The notes beneath the pieces were generated by a model. It was not told the origin of the DNA. It saw nothing but the letters and a program-made list of their open reading frames with translations, and ran no database searches. The position numbers and the translations under genes were made by a program. Below, one piece after another: positions 48,369 to 59,077 of a DNA stretch of 64,000 bases. The first letter of the stretch is position 1, and each line of letters opens with the position of its first letter. The DNA is from an uncultured delta proteobacterium (GTDB lineage: Bacteria > Bdellovibrionota > FAC87 > UBA2466), in assembly GCA_963778115.1 (NCBI GenBank), contig CAVZSV010000004.1, positions 2,240,001 to 2,304,000 of the forward strand, written 5' to 3'.

Positions 48369-49733
48369 TTAGAACAGGATAAACAATCCCGGCATGACAC
48401 TGAAGATAAGTCCCGGTCCGACAAAGACTCGGCTTTCGAGTTTGAAGTGGACTTCGACGATAGGGAATGAAAACGATCCGCTCAGCGCCACGTAACTACC
48501 CCCTTTACCCTGACTATAGGTCTCGTCCCAATTTAGCGTGTGAACGTTACTGAGACTGGCGAGTCCTATGCCGGCAGCGATGTGATAGGGGCTGTCTCTA
48601 TCGTCGACGAGATACTTCAGCGACAGCAATTTTGCGTCATAAGCGAAGAAATCAAGAGCCCCCTCCACATAGATCTGACCCGCAATCCGCCTCCCCAATT
48701 CCACTTCCATAATATTGGATTCCCAGCTCTTCCCCCCGCCAGACATAAGGGCCGCACCCACCGAAACCGAGGTGTACCAATTAGAAAGTAACTCACGATT
48801 GATAACGTGCAGGTTCTGATCGCTTGCGATCCATCGAGGAACTTCAGTGCTTAGTAACGAATGGACCTCTTCCCGAGGCAGCTCGTAATATTGGTCTTGC
48901 ATGTAAGCGTAAAGAGTTCGGCGGACGATCGCTTTGGTAAACTCTTCTACCACAGGCTTTGTTAACTGATATTGGACCCCTTCAGGTAAGACTTCCGAAT
49001 GGGCGTAAATATTGTAGGGTGTTCGTTTATCGAAGAGAAACATGTCGAAATTTGTTGGCTTTAGTACGCAAACTATGACCACACTGACCTTAAATTTGAT
49101 GATGATCCTTCTAAACTCCTCTAAGGTAAGGCTCCCGGGAGCGTACTTGATGGTTCTTAAATCAAATTTTCCATAGCGATTGATCGTCGAGACAATATTT
49201 TCAACTGCTAAGTCCGCATAGTTCAAAGTGGTGTAGTCGAGAGGGGTCAGAATGGCGATAGGTATCGGATTTCCGTCCTTGTCCGAGAGCTTCTTAATGA
49301 GGCGAGCGATTCCGGTCTTGCGTTGGTTTCGTTCTGCCGTCGTAATTCCGTTTCCCTCCGCGGGCTCGCGATCATCAGATTCGGCGTCGGGGTTTGCAGA
49401 ATCGCCGGAATTTGCCGCGGCACCTTCGGTAGCCGCGGTTGCGGGAGCTGCAGCGTCTGCGGGGGGAGTTGCGGGTGTTTCTGAGGTTGCGGGGGCGGCG
49501 CCACCGGCTGTGGGAGTCGCAGCTGCTGCTGCGTCCGCAGGAGCGGCAACTGCTGCAGCAGGAGGAGAGCCGGGCTGCGCTTGAGCTGGATCCGTAGGCG
49601 CGCCTGTCGGAGCCACTGCTGGAGCTGCGGTGGGCTGAGTCGCAGGAGTGGCTGGATCCGTTGCGGGCGCTTCCGCATAAACCGGTATCCCGATGCTTAG
49701 TGCTAGGATGAAAATGTAAGGAACTAGCTTCAA
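48369..49733 (-). CDS. Hypothetical exported protein, Ala/Pro linker + probable C-terminal beta-barrel
   Basis: Signal peptide, AP-rich tract, C-terminal strands ending in Phe (MPGLFILF). Confidence 0.7.
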   Translation of the reverse strand: MKLVPYIFILALSIGIPVYAEAPATDPATPATQPTAAPAVAPTGAPTDPAQAQPGSPPAAAVAAPADAAAAATPTAGGAAPATSETPATPPADAAAPATAATEGAAANSGDSANPDAESDDREPAEGNGITTAERNQRKTGIARLIKKLSDKDGNPIPIAILTPLDYTTLNYADLAVENIVSTINRYGKFDLRTIKYAPGSLTLEEFRRIIIKFKVSVVIVCVLKPTNFDMFLFDKRTPYNIYAHSEVLPEGVQYQLTKPVVEEFTKAIVRRTLYAYMQDQYYELPREEVHSLLSTEVPRWIASDQNLHVINRELLSNWYTSVSVGAALMSGGGKSWESNIMEVELGRRIAGQIYVEGALDFFAYDAKLLSLKYLVDDRDSPYHIAAGIGLASLSNVHTLNWDETYSQGKGGSYVALSGSFSFPIVEVHFKLESRVFVGPGLIFSVMPGLFILF

Positions 49734-49875
49734 GTTTGTTCCGTCAAACCCAGACAGGTTAGGCCAAAAATGTTCTGGTCTTCTCCGTAATACTCTTCGG
49801 CATTGTTTCGAAATCTCCTAAATTCAAAACGTGCCGGACTGGCTTGATTTTCCTTAGTTGTGATACGGTAGGCTT

Positions 49876-50589
49876 ATGCAGGGCGGTAAAAAGCCATTTT
49901 TTATCCAATTCGCGACTCTCGAGTTTGAGAGTCTTTCCGATGAAGCATTGAAAACTCGCGCCCAGAAGATAGTTCCCGCAGGCAAATTGGATCGTCCTGG
50001 CCATAGTGTAGAAAGGCGGAGGTCCTACTGGGCAGGACGCGCCGCGGCGGGCTATCTTTTGGAATCGGTCTTGGTTTCCGCTTCTGGTAATGCGACCATC
50101 TTGCCTAACGCCGAATGGGGCTATCTTCGGGTGTGGCAAAATGGCAGAGAAGCACCTTGTCACGTTAATATCTCACATACGAAACGGATCGCTGCGGCCG
50201 TGGTGGGGCCGACACCGATTGGCATAGATATCGAAGCTATCGATCGTGACGCTTCGAGAGTTCTTGCGCGCGCGGCTAGCGAAGAGGAACGAAAAAAACT
50301 GCCTCCTCAAATCGTGGTCGGAAAAAGAGCGATTGCTGCCCCGGTAGCGTTATGGAGCGCCAAAGAGGCCGTCTCCAAGGCCTTGGGTTTGGGGATAAAA
50401 TTTGGGCTGCAACATCTAGTGGTGGATTTCTCAGTGGGGCCCCCGTATCCCGTGGAACCCCAGATTAGCGGCCCTTTGAAGGTTTCCTCTCCGGCGGTCC
50501 TCTTTTTTCTGCGCGGAAATATCCTTATTTCCCTTTGCTCCGATCGAAAAACCTTATCGAACGGAGTTCACGATGCGGGCTCGTCGTGA
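49876..50589 (+). CDS. Sfp-type 4'-phosphopantetheinyl transferase
   Basis: NISHT, IGIDIE, WSAKEAVSKALGLG. Confidence 0.88.
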   Translation: MQGGKKPFFIQFATLEFESLSDEALKTRAQKIVPAGKLDRPGHSVERRRSYWAGRAAAGYLLESVLVSASGNATILPNAEWGYLRVWQNGREAPCHVNISHTKRIAAAVVGPTPIGIDIEAIDRDASRVLARAASEEERKKLPPQIVVGKRAIAAPVALWSAKEAVSKALGLGIKFGLQHLVVDFSVGPPYPVEPQISGPLKVSSPAVLFFLRGNILISLCSDRKTLSNGVHDAGSS

Positions 50590-50601
50590 TTTAATCAACG
50601 A

Positions 50602-51639
50602 ATGCCCAATCTTCAATCACTGACGTTAGTGCCTCCCTTTAAACTCTTCTTGCCCTTAGGCATAGCTTTGGGGGTTGCCCTGGGGTTACTTGTCATTCGC
50701 AAGATTCTCCTGGGCAGTTTGAAGCGGTGGACACGCAGCCCATACGCTAATTTCGACGATCTCTTTATTGCCGTATTAAGGGGCCCCTCGTTCTATTGGT
50801 GTTTTGCCATCGGCATCTATGTGGGCATTGAGCTATCAGAACTCTCTCCAAAATATGCTCACCCCCTGCACCAGGCAATTTCCGCCATTGTCATTTTATC
50901 GATGGCTGTTGCGATCTCCAACCTCGCGGTTTTGGTTTTTCAAAGAATGGTAGCGGCTTCGACCGATCAACCGCAGTCCAGCGGTCTAATGGTAGGGCTA
51001 TTAAAAGGCTCTATTATCACGATTGGAATTTTGGTCATCTTGTCGGTGCTAGGAATCTCAATAGCCCCTCTGCTTACCGCTTTGGGCGTTGGTGGTTTGG
51101 CGGTTGCGTTGGCCCTTAAAGATACTCTAGAGAATCTCTTTGCGGGAATTTATCTCATCACAGATCGAACGATCAGAGTGGGCGATTACATCAAATTAGA
51201 GACGGGACAGGAAGGAAGGGTCGAGGATATTGGATGGAGGACGACAAGAATTCGATTAAGCGAATTGAGTACGGTCATCACTCCGAATAGCAAGCTTTCC
51301 CAGAGTTTAGTGACCAATTTCTGCCTGCCCGACAAAAGGGTGGTGGCCAATCTCGTTTTTAGCTTAGAAAACTCCACAGATCCTCAGAAAGTAGAGGAGA
51401 TCTTATTGAGTACAGTCCACAAGAGCACTGAGGACGTGATTGGAGTGCTTCCCGTTCCCGAACCCACCGTTCGATTGGGGCAAAGTTCACAACCCGGCCT
51501 CATGGATTTTACTCTGAGTTTTCACGTTAGGGATTTTAACGACGTTGGCTTTGCCAAGCATGAATTGAGGAAGCGGGTTTACGCAGAGTTTAGACGGAGC
51601 CAAATTTCGCTTCCGCCCTTACTGGGAAGGCTGGTTTAA
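50602..51639 (+). CDS. mscS: Small-conductance mechanosensitive channel family protein
   Basis: LGVGGLAVALALKDTLENLFAG, VGDYI, IGWRTT, TPNS. Confidence 0.9.
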   Translation: MPNLQSLTLVPPFKLFLPLGIALGVALGLLVIRKILLGSLKRWTRSPYANFDDLFIAVLRGPSFYWCFAIGIYVGIELSELSPKYAHPLHQAISAIVILSMAVAISNLAVLVFQRMVAASTDQPQSSGLMVGLLKGSIITIGILVILSVLGISIAPLLTALGVGGLAVALALKDTLENLFAGIYLITDRTIRVGDYIKLETGQEGRVEDIGWRTTRIRLSELSTVITPNSKLSQSLVTNFCLPDKRVVANLVFSLENSTDPQKVEEILLSTVHKSTEDVIGVLPVPEPTVRLGQSSQPGLMDFTLSFHVRDFNDVGFAKHELRKRVYAEFRRSQISLPPLLGRLV

Positions 51640-51697
51640 AAGTTTGCGCCGCAGTGGCCATCCAACCTGGGCTGAAAGGCGCTCTTCTATTTTTAAT

Positions 51698-52912
51698 TTA
51701 CCCCGTTTTAATGCGCGCAAATTTGCGTTTGCCGCTTTGAATAACGAAAGTCTCTTTGTTACTCGGGCGATAAAATTCCGTATCGATGACTTCGCTTTCG
51801 ATCTTAATGGCCCGCTGTTTTATTAGCCGTTTGCCTTCGCTGGTACTCGCCACAAATCTGATCTCGTGAAGAAGGCTGGGGAGCCAGATGTCTTTGCCAC
51901 CGACGGAGTAGCGAAATTCCGGCATTTCGTCGGGAATTTCTTTTCGGGAGAAAACTTTCTCAAAGTGCTCTTTGGCAGCTAACGCCATCTCATTAGAGTG
52001 GTATCTTTCGACGACTTCACAAGCAAACTGCGATTTGGCCTCTTTGGGATGGACCTTACCGGAAGTGATGTCCGCAACAAGGCTGTCTATTTGAGAAAGT
52101 GTTTTCGAGCTGAGGAGTTCGTAGTAACGCCGGAGCATGCTGTCGGGAAGACTCATCAACTTGCCGTACATCTGTTCTGGAGACTCATCGACACCAACGT
52201 AGTTACCCAGCGATTTACTCATTTTTTGGACTCCGTCCAAGCCCTCAAGCAAAGGGACAGTCAAACAGACTTGGGATTCCAAACCATAATTACGCATCAT
52301 TTCTCGCCCAAGCAGAAGATTGAACTTTTGGTCTCTTCCTCCCAACTCGACATCTGCTTTCAAAGCCACAGAGTCGTAGGCCTGAAGCAGTGGGTAGAGA
52401 AATTCATGCATGCTAATCGTCTGATTTTCCTTGTAGCGCTTATTGAAATCTTCACGTTCTAGCATTCTGGCTACATTGGCATGGGCCGCGAGCTTTACGA
52501 AATCATAAGCGCTAAATTTGTCGAGCCACTCGCTGTTGAACCTTACTTGCGTCTTCAAAGGGTCCAAAATCTTAAAAACCTGCTTCTTATAGGTCTCGGT
52601 ATTGGCGTTGACCTCTTCTCGGGTTAGCTGGGGACGAGTCTTGGACTTTCCAGAGGGGTCTCCCACGAGACCTGTGAAATCACCGATCAGAAAGATCACC
52701 TGGTGCCCAAAGTTTTGAAACTGTGCCATCTTTTGTAGCACTACCGTATGTCCCAGGTGCAGATCGGGAGCTGTGGGATCGAACCCCGCTTTGACGATCA
52801 AAGGTTTTCCGGAAGCGACTGATTTTTCGAGTTTGTTCTTAAGATCGACTTCCGAAAGGATCTCGTCGCTGCCGCGCTTTAATTCTTTTAATTGGAGTTC
52901 GGCGTTTTTCAT
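51698..52912 (-). CDS. tyrS: Tyrosine--tRNA ligase
   Basis: [19 protein letters not shown]-terminal S4 domain. Confidence 0.97.
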   Translation of the reverse strand: MKNAELQLKELKRGSDEILSEVDLKNKLEKSVASGKPLIVKAGFDPTAPDLHLGHTVVLQKMAQFQNFGHQVIFLIGDFTGLVGDPSGKSKTRPQLTREEVNANTETYKKQVFKILDPLKTQVRFNSEWLDKFSAYDFVKLAAHANVARMLEREDFNKRYKENQTISMHEFLYPLLQAYDSVALKADVELGGRDQKFNLLLGREMMRNYGLESQVCLTVPLLEGLDGVQKMSKSLGNYVGVDESPEQMYGKLMSLPDSMLRRYYELLSSKTLSQIDSLVADITSGKVHPKEAKSQFACEVVERYHSNEMALAAKEHFEKVFSRKEIPDEMPEFRYSVGGKDIWLPSLLHEIRFVASTSEGKRLIKQRAIKIESEVIDTEFYRPSNKETFVIQSGKRKFARIKTG

Positions 52913-53724
52913 TCTGGCTCCCTCCCCTCACCTGCTGCAGCCGGAACACTAAACCGCAGACGTTCAATGCCTTGGGCCTTGCGATCGATACCGAGTCGAA
53001 TCACAACGCAAGATACTCCAGGGTTATCCTCCGCATTTTGAAAGTGCAAAGGTCGTTTTGTCATAAACTTTTTGACGATCTCTTCTTTGGCCAGTCCAAT
53101 GACGGAATCAAAACTTCCACTCATGCCGATATCGGTGATGTAAGCGGTTCCTCCCGGCAGGACTCTTTCATCCGCCGTCTGAACGTGGCTATGCGTCCCT
53201 GTGACTGCCGCCACTCGGCCGGCCAGATGCCAGGCCATCGCATATTTTTCGCTGGTGGCGTCCGCATGCATATCTACAAAGACGGGAAGATCGGTCGGAT
53301 TTTCGCGCAAAATCTTATCCACCGCCGCGAAAGGACAATCGACCTGATCCATGAAAACTCGGCCTAATAAATTGATGACGAAAATGGCCTTATCCCCGTT
53401 TCGGATAATGCTAAAGCCGCGACCCGGGCATGGTGCCCCGTGCGGACTGGGGTAGTTGGCGGGACGAATAAGACGGGGTTCCTGGTCGATAAACTGGTAG
53501 ATCTCTTTATTGTCCCAAGTATGGTTTCCGCCCGTCAGGCCGTGAATTCCCATCTCCATCATTTCGATAAAGGATTTCCGGTTCACCCCTCTTCCGCCGG
53601 AGAGGTTTTCTCCGTTGGCTAGGATAATGTCCGGACAATACCGAGACTTAAGGTCGGGTAAACTCGCTGCTACCGCTTTTCGGCCCACTTTGCCGAACAC
53701 ATCACCAAATATCAGAATGACCAT
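52909..53724 (-). CDS. ymdB: YmdB-family metallophosphoesterase
   Basis: [35 protein letters not shown]. Confidence 0.93.
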   Translation of the reverse strand: MVILIFGDVFGKVGRKAVAASLPDLKSRYCPDIILANGENLSGGRGVNRKSFIEMMEMGIHGLTGGNHTWDNKEIYQFIDQEPRLIRPANYPSPHGAPCPGRGFSIIRNGDKAIFVINLLGRVFMDQVDCPFAAVDKILRENPTDLPVFVDMHADATSEKYAMAWHLAGRVAAVTGTHSHVQTADERVLPGGTAYITDIGMSGSFDSVIGLAKEEIVKKFMTKRPLHFQNAEDNPGVSCVVIRLGIDRKAQGIERLRFSVPAAAGEGREPE

Positions 53725-53784
53725 AGGGGAGTGAAATTAACCTAATTCACGGATGAAAGCGAGTCTCACAACACGGGTAGACCG

Positions 53785-54381
53785 CTAGGCAGAAATCTCT
53801 AGTAATTTGGTAGGAGTCACAATAGCAGATAACGTTAGATCAGTGGGGTCCTGAGGAAGTAGGTTGGTAGATACCTGTTCGTCAAAACACACCCCCCAGA
53901 GACCGGGTTTTCTTGATTTTTTGGATAACTTACCGGTTAGACTCCCAATGAACCGATCATAAAAGCCTTTTCCTGATCCCAGTCGATGTCCCGCGAGGTC
54001 AAAACAAATACCCGGGACTAAAAGAAGTATCCGAGACGCCGAGAAATTTGCCTTTTTGAGCGGTAGCGCCGGGGGCTCTAAGATCCTTGAGTACCCCGGC
54101 TGCAATTCACTTAAATCGGATATCCCATAAAACTCAAGGCCCTCTTGAGTCACTTTGGGAAAGAAACAGCGATCAGGGGCTAACTCCCAAAGACCGGTGA
54201 TATCGGGTTCTGATCCCAGAGGGGAAAATAGGGTCACTATTTCGGCGTTTAGAAACTCGCTTTCCCGGGCAATTCTCGTCCGTAGCCGTTTGGAAAGCTC
54301 GCTCCGCACGGCAAGATCTTTGGGATATTGATTTTTCCAGTGAGCTCGAAGTTCCGCTTTTTGTGCCGCAATCTGAGACAA
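53785..54381 (-). CDS. 5-formyltetrahydrofolate cyclo-ligase
   Basis: LLVPGICFDLAGHRLGSGKGFYDR. Confidence 0.92.
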   Translation of the reverse strand: MSQIAAQKAELRAHWKNQYPKDLAVRSELSKRLRTRIARESEFLNAEIVTLFSPLGSEPDITGLWELAPDRCFFPKVTQEGLEFYGISDLSELQPGYSRILEPPALPLKKANFSASRILLLVPGICFDLAGHRLGSGKGFYDRFIGSLTGKLSKKSRKPGLWGVCFDEQVSTNLLPQDPTDLTLSAIVTPTKLLEISA

Positions 54382-54388
54382 AGGGTTC

Positions 54389-54682
54389 TCAATTCAGATC
54401 GGCTTGCATTTTTTCAAGTAGCCGATGGGCTTTGGTTAAAAGCGATGATCGGTAATCGATAGCCTTTTTCCGCCCTTTGATAGACTGACTCGCGAGATCA
54501 AAAGCCGCTAGCATGGTGGCTTTTTGAAGGGAAAGTGTGGGACTCTTTTTGCGGATCACTTCGACCTTTCGACGGACCAGTTCCGCAACTTCTCGCAGGT
54601 GTTCTTTGGTCTCTTCACCTTTAAGAACGTACTTCTGGCCTCCAATGACAATTTCAATGTTGTTGAATTCAGAGAGTGGCAT
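54389..54682 (-). CDS. zapA: Cell division protein ZapA
   Basis: IVIGGQKYVL...HLREVAELV...ATMLAAFDLA; position upstream of 5-FCL. Confidence 0.82.
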   Translation of the reverse strand: MPLSEFNNIEIVIGGQKYVLKGEETKEHLREVAELVRRKVEVIRKKSPTLSLQKATMLAAFDLASQSIKGRKKAIDYRSSLLTKAHRLLEKMQADLN

Positions 54683-54763
54683 TGCATTTCCTTTGGTCCC
54701 TTGGCGTTTCTTTTGTGGATTAAGAAGTGACTATAATAGTGTAGAAACGGGGAGACACCATTG

Positions 54764-55750
54764 TCAAATCAGAACCGCCTCTTCGTCGATGGCGCCGAAT
54801 ACGGAGTTGCCTTGGAGCACGACATCCAGCACCACCCGATCGCCGGGTTTGAGCCAGGGCGTTGACGCCTTTCCCGTATCCAAAATTTCTTGAAAACGCT
54901 TTTCGGTGAGACACGCAAATCCCACTTCCTTGTTCTCGTTGGAAACCGTTCCACTGCCCACGATACTGCCCGCCGAAAGGGGGCGAGTCCTAGCGGCGTG
55001 AGCCACAAGTTGTTCGAAGGAAAATTGCATCTCTTTGCCATTCGGGTGTCCAAAGGGGCTTCCATTAAATTCAACCTCCAGGTCAAGGTGGACGCGTCCT
55101 TGGCTCCAATGGGATCCCAGTTCGTCGGGTGTCACGACAAAAGGAGCGAAGGAGGAGTTCGGTTTCGATTGGAGGAATCCAAACTTGAATTCAATCTCCT
55201 TTTTGAGAACTTCTCGGTAAGTGATGTCGTTAAATAACGTGATCAGAGCAATGTATTTGCCGGCGTTAGTGGAATCGATCCCTTTTGGGGTGTCGGTCGT
55301 CATTACGGCAAACTCGCCCTCGAAGTCCGCGCCAAAACTGGCATCCATTAAATCGATGGGAGCTTTCGACGACAACAGACAATCGCTCACTCCTTGGTAC
55401 ATCAGCGGGATCACTTTCGCTGAAGGAGGCATGTCATCTCCTCGCGACTTTCGGGCTCTATAGACGTGGGACAAAAAAGCACTACCATCGTAAAAGCCGG
55501 GCGCATTTGGTAGCGGGGCCAAACAATCGGCGGGATCTAGAGGGAAGGTTCCGCTAAGTTTTCCGGCGTCGACGCTCTCATAGAGCTCGCGAAGCTTGGG
55601 CTCGACTTCAGTCCACATTTGCAATGCTTCGATAAGCGTAGAGGGTAAGCCTGAAGGCATTTTGGCGGCCCTTAAGTTGTCGCGCGTAACCAGAATGAGT
55701 TCGCCGTTTCTTTTCTTGGGATCAGAACTTTTTAAGGTGGCTAATTTCAT
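54764..55750 (-). CDS. Fumarylacetoacetate hydrolase family protein
   Basis: MKLATLK, DGSAF, DFEGE, LFND, FGFLQSKP, GSGTVSN. Confidence 0.9.
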   Translation of the reverse strand: MKLATLKSSDPKKRNGELILVTRDNLRAAKMPSGLPSTLIEALQMWTEVEPKLRELYESVDAGKLSGTFPLDPADCLAPLPNAPGFYDGSAFLSHVYRARKSRGDDMPPSAKVIPLMYQGVSDCLLSSKAPIDLMDASFGADFEGEFAVMTTDTPKGIDSTNAGKYIALITLFNDITYREVLKKEIEFKFGFLQSKPNSSFAPFVVTPDELGSHWSQGRVHLDLEVEFNGSPFGHPNGKEMQFSFEQLVAHAARTRPLSAGSIVGSGTVSNENKEVGFACLTEKRFQEILDTGKASTPWLKPGDRVVLDVVLQGNSVFGAIDEEAVLI

Positions 55751-55763
55751 AGGGCTCCCTATT

Positions 55764-56759
55764 CTAAAATTCTTTGGCTAAAAATTCGCTTGTTAAAAAT
55801 TCGTCGGGCTCTTTCAGACTGCAACTTCCGAAACAGGCACCGTGCTTGCGTCGGGCCGCTTCCAAAGCCTCGATCTCAAGTTCATATTCTTTCCATTTAA
55901 GGGTTGCTTCCCCGAATGAAAAATCGGACGGTTTGGAAGAGTCTAAACAACTCTCGACCTGCCTTTTGCCAAATTTTTCTTCTCCAAGCGCCTGAGCAAA
56001 GGCCAGAGAGACGAAGAGATTTACAAAGCCGAAACCGGATTTTCCCGAAATGGCGTGGTGAAGCCCCTGCGTTGCTTTGAATCTCAAGCCGCGCGAAGTG
56101 CAGGCGAGAACCGCCGCGGCAAGGGAGGGAGTGCTAGGAGTCTGCTTTCCTCCCGTACGGAATTTGAGTCCAGGAACTGGGCTTTCTTCGTGAGATGTCG
56201 ACCAATCCAAAAGAGCATCGGCTATATGATGAAGAGACTTCTCGCCGTTCTGGTTTTCAAGAGGGACTTCAAAAAATGGCGTTATGGCATGAGGTGTCAT
56301 GGAGAATCGGGCGAGTGCAGCGTCCATAAAATGAAGGATCTCTTCTTTAGAGGAGGCCACGCGGCCTTTTTCCGGAAGCTTTGTTTCGTAAGCGATCGTC
56401 CAATGGCGGAAGGCACTTTCAAATCCGCGCCGGTTAAATCTCCCTATTTCTTTGAGGTCCCAAGCCAGAATTCGAGCAAATTCCGACCGGTCGGTGTCGT
56501 CGGGGACTGGGGTTCCTAGGGCGGTGAATAGCCAAGGCGTGCCATCCGATCCGTGATCCGATAAGGTTTTCGCGGAGATGCCGCGGAGCAGCTCCATCGG
56601 TAATGCCATCTTGGAATAGAGCCAAGGATGACGCAGCTCGCTTCTAAAGGTGGCCGCTTCATTAAGAGCGTCGTCGAAAGATAAGGCCGCTGGCGGAAAA
56701 GTGCCCGCGTAATCGATGCAGTTTCCCAGAAGCGCCTGTTTCGTGCCGTAGAGCCTCAT
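55764..56759 (-). CDS. Conserved hypothetical protein next to the FAH gene
   Basis: IDYAGTFPPA, KFRTGG, FKATQGLHH, FGSCSLKEP motifs. Confidence 0.75.
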   Translation of the reverse strand: MRLYGTKQALLGNCIDYAGTFPPAALSFDDALNEAATFRSELRHPWLYSKMALPMELLRGISAKTLSDHGSDGTPWLFTALGTPVPDDTDRSEFARILAWDLKEIGRFNRRGFESAFRHWTIAYETKLPEKGRVASSKEEILHFMDAALARFSMTPHAITPFFEVPLENQNGEKSLHHIADALLDWSTSHEESPVPGLKFRTGGKQTPSTPSLAAAVLACTSRGLRFKATQGLHHAISGKSGFGFVNLFVSLAFAQALGEEKFGKRQVESCLDSSKPSDFSFGEATLKWKEYELEIEALEAARRKHGACFGSCSLKEPDEFLTSEFLAKEF

Positions 56760-56932
56760 GATTCTGGGACGTTATAGCAGGCCATGACTGAACTCAAGCC
56801 CTGCCCGAATTGTGTCGATAGAAACATAGTCAACGGTGAGCGGGTTTATTAGGCCCATGATTAAAACTTCTTGGCAAAACCGCCCGACACACATCAAAAA
56901 TTGAGCCGCGTTATCTTAGAGGAGAAGTAACA

Positions 56933-57151
56933 ATGAGGACTCCCTTCAGTCGCATTGACCCTCATGAGTACGAACGAGAAGTAGAAAACCAAAGAGCCGT
57001 ACTGATGGAAAAGTACGAGCGTTGTAACTTCTGCAATTCGAAGATCATCTTTACTCATGATCTGAATGTAAATTACTTGCAGGTCATTGAGACGGGAAGA
57101 TGTCCCGGCTGCGGGGTCAGTTTGACGCCGAAAAAGTATACGCTGCAATAG
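56933..57151 (+). CDS. Small zinc-ribbon protein
   Basis: 72 aa, GAGGAG RBS, CNFC...CPGC. Confidence 0.75.
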   Translation: MRTPFSRIDPHEYEREVENQRAVLMEKYERCNFCNSKIIFTHDLNVNYLQVIETGRCPGCGVSLTPKKYTLQ

Positions 57152-57177
57152 CAATTCGCCACTCATCCTTCTGCAAT

Positions 57178-57253
57178 GGGATTGTTTCGTCGATTCGCTT
57201 CCCGCTATGCCTACGGCTACGGGGGACAAGTCGCTCCTGCTCTTCGCAATGAC
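57178..57253. repeat. REP-like palindromic intergenic element
   Basis: GGGATTGTTTCGTCG...CTTCGCAATGAC enclosing GCCTACGGCTACG-GGG-GACAAG; the inner part is 19/22 identical to 4043-4064 (minus strand). Confidence 0.5.
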
Positions 57254-57278
57254 AGGCTGATAATGAATTTTATTTGGG

Positions 57279-58343
57279 TTAGCTACCGAACACTGATCTA
57301 ACTTCTAAAATCCCCAGCACCAAAAACATCAGCTGTACGGTTACCAGGACAGGCCGTGCCGAAATCAGAGCGATTCCCTCTAGGGCTTCACCTGCGATAA
57401 GCACACGAGAAGCGATAGATCCGTAGGGTGAAAATGATAAGGTGATCAAAAAGAGGTACAGCGGTATCGCTCGATGAAGGATTACCGAATTGCTAGCTGC
57501 CGCCGTAATCGCTCCTCCGATAAACAAGATTGCGGTAATCGTTTGTCCCGCAAAAGAGTCCGATAAGGTCCAACCCAATTTTTGTCCGTGGCTGACACTC
57601 GCCGTCAGATTTAACATCGCCGAACCTGAAATGATTTGATCCAAATGCGCATACATCTGGCGGCTGATCACAAAGCCCACTACGGAAGGGATCAGAACAA
57701 AGGCAGCTTTCTTAACGACCTGTTGCCATTGAAAATGGCGCTGGAAGTACCAAAACATGAAAAGTAGAAGTGGTATCAATCCGACGCCTATAGGATCCAC
57801 CCCGGCTAATAGTCCCACCGCAATCCCTACGAAGTACCATTTATCATCGAGGGCCGCGCGAATAGCCAAAGTAACCAAGTAACACGTTAGCGATAGGGTC
57901 GAGCCCAGACTCATTTCGTAGCTAGTCGGCCACAATACGACCAAGATAGGGGTGATGGTCGCCACATCGGCCGTAATCATTCGGTTAAGCAGCTCATTGA
58001 GCTCTCGCAAGAAGAGCAAAAAGAAAAGATTGGAAAATAGAATTAGACAAATCACCGGCGACATTCCGGTCGCATGGCTTAGCAAGTGGCCCAGCCAGAG
58101 AAAAGGGTTGTGGGTCGCCGAAAAGATACCGCCGTAAGATACTGAGGATAAACGCGCTAAAGCTTCTATCTCAGGCCCTTCGGAAACACGTTTCAAAAAA
58201 TCCTCTCGAAGGGTTGAGAAAGAAGCGAAGTTAGGCAAGATCCCCGACGACTTACTGCTGGGTAGAGCGCTGTTAATGGTAAGAAGTGCGACGATAAAGA
58301 GTAATAGGCGATGGAAGCCGAACGCGAGGAAAACTCTCCACAT
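57279..58343 (-). CDS. Multi-TM membrane protein, possibly mannosyltransferase (GT-C)-like
   Basis: Highly hydrophobic; NPFLWLG, LFSNLFFLLFL, LWPTSYEMS. Confidence 0.55.
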   Translation of the reverse strand: MWRVFLAFGFHRLLLFIVALLTINSALPSSKSSGILPNFASFSTLREDFLKRVSEGPEIEALARLSSVSYGGIFSATHNPFLWLGHLLSHATGMSPVICLILFSNLFFLLFLRELNELLNRMITADVATITPILVVLWPTSYEMSLGSTLSLTCYLVTLAIRAALDDKWYFVGIAVGLLAGVDPIGVGLIPLLLFMFWYFQRHFQWQQVVKKAAFVLIPSVVGFVISRQMYAHLDQIISGSAMLNLTASVSHGQKLGWTLSDSFAGQTITAILFIGGAITAAASNSVILHRAIPLYLFLITLSFSPYGSIASRVLIAGEALEGIALISARPVLVTVQLMFLVLGILEVRSVFGS

Positions 58344-58357
58344 ACCGGAGAATCATA

Positions 58358-59074
58358 TCATAGTTCGGCGAGATGAGCTTTTACCAGGGTGAGAGATACC
58401 AGCGTTGCTGTCTCTGCTCGCAGCCGGTTTGCCCCAAGACCCAAGGGTATTCCGCCGGAAGCGGAAAGGTTTTCGATTTCCTCGCGTCTCCAACCACCTT
58501 CGGCTCCGACGACAACCTCGCAAGGAGATCCGGGGGGAAGCGAAGAGAGCACGGAAGCAACCTGAGACCGGCGGTGGTTCTCGTCGCAAAAAATAAGGCG
58601 AGATGAATTATCACGTTGCGCCAACCAATCAGAAAGATCCCGGGCAGGAGCGATTTCGGGAAACCAGCTCGCTTGGCATTGTTTAGCGACTTCAGCGACG
58701 ACACGTGCCCATCGAGCTTCGTTCCAGGAGCTTTTTGCCGACGAGTGGGCTGTGATTAATGGCTGCAAGCGTGCCACCCCCAGTTCGGTGCACCGTCGAA
58801 TAATGAAATCCAGCGCTGGCCCCTTGGGAAGAGCAAAAACCAGGCTCACCGAAGTGGTTTTCGGTTCCTGCCTCAGCGCGGTTACTTGGAGTCCAGACCC
58901 CTTGGCACTTAGTCTAACGACCACTGCGGTCGCGATATTTCCCGCTCCGTCGGTCAGCTCGACGGTGTCATCGGCCTTAAGTCGTAGAACGTGAACCATA
59001 TGGTGAGACTCTTCGGGCGAAAGCGTTACGGCTGCCGGGGGAGTTTCAAACTGAGGATGGTAAAACCGATGCAT
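58358..59074 (-). CDS. rsmE: 16S rRNA m3U1498 methyltransferase RsmE
   Basis: HHMVHVLRL, TELGV, VGAEGG, LGANRLRAETA. Confidence 0.95.
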   Translation of the reverse strand: MHRFYHPQFETPPAAVTLSPEESHHMVHVLRLKADDTVELTDGAGNIATAVVVRLSAKGSGLQVTALRQEPKTTSVSLVFALPKGPALDFIIRRCTELGVARLQPLITAHSSAKSSWNEARWARVVAEVAKQCQASWFPEIAPARDLSDWLAQRDNSSRLIFCDENHRRSQVASVLSSLPPGSPCEVVVGAEGGWRREEIENLSASGGIPLGLGANRLRAETATLVSLTLVKAHLAEL

Positions 59075-59077
59075 GGT

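Noticed and set aside
47500..49680. GCA/GCT/CCG-rich stretches as DNA tandem repeats
   Set aside because: Explained by Ala/Pro-rich coding linkers of the two exported proteins.
49876..50589. PPTase as a sign of an NRPS/PKS cluster
   Set aside because: No carrier-protein, KS or adenylation genes in the window.
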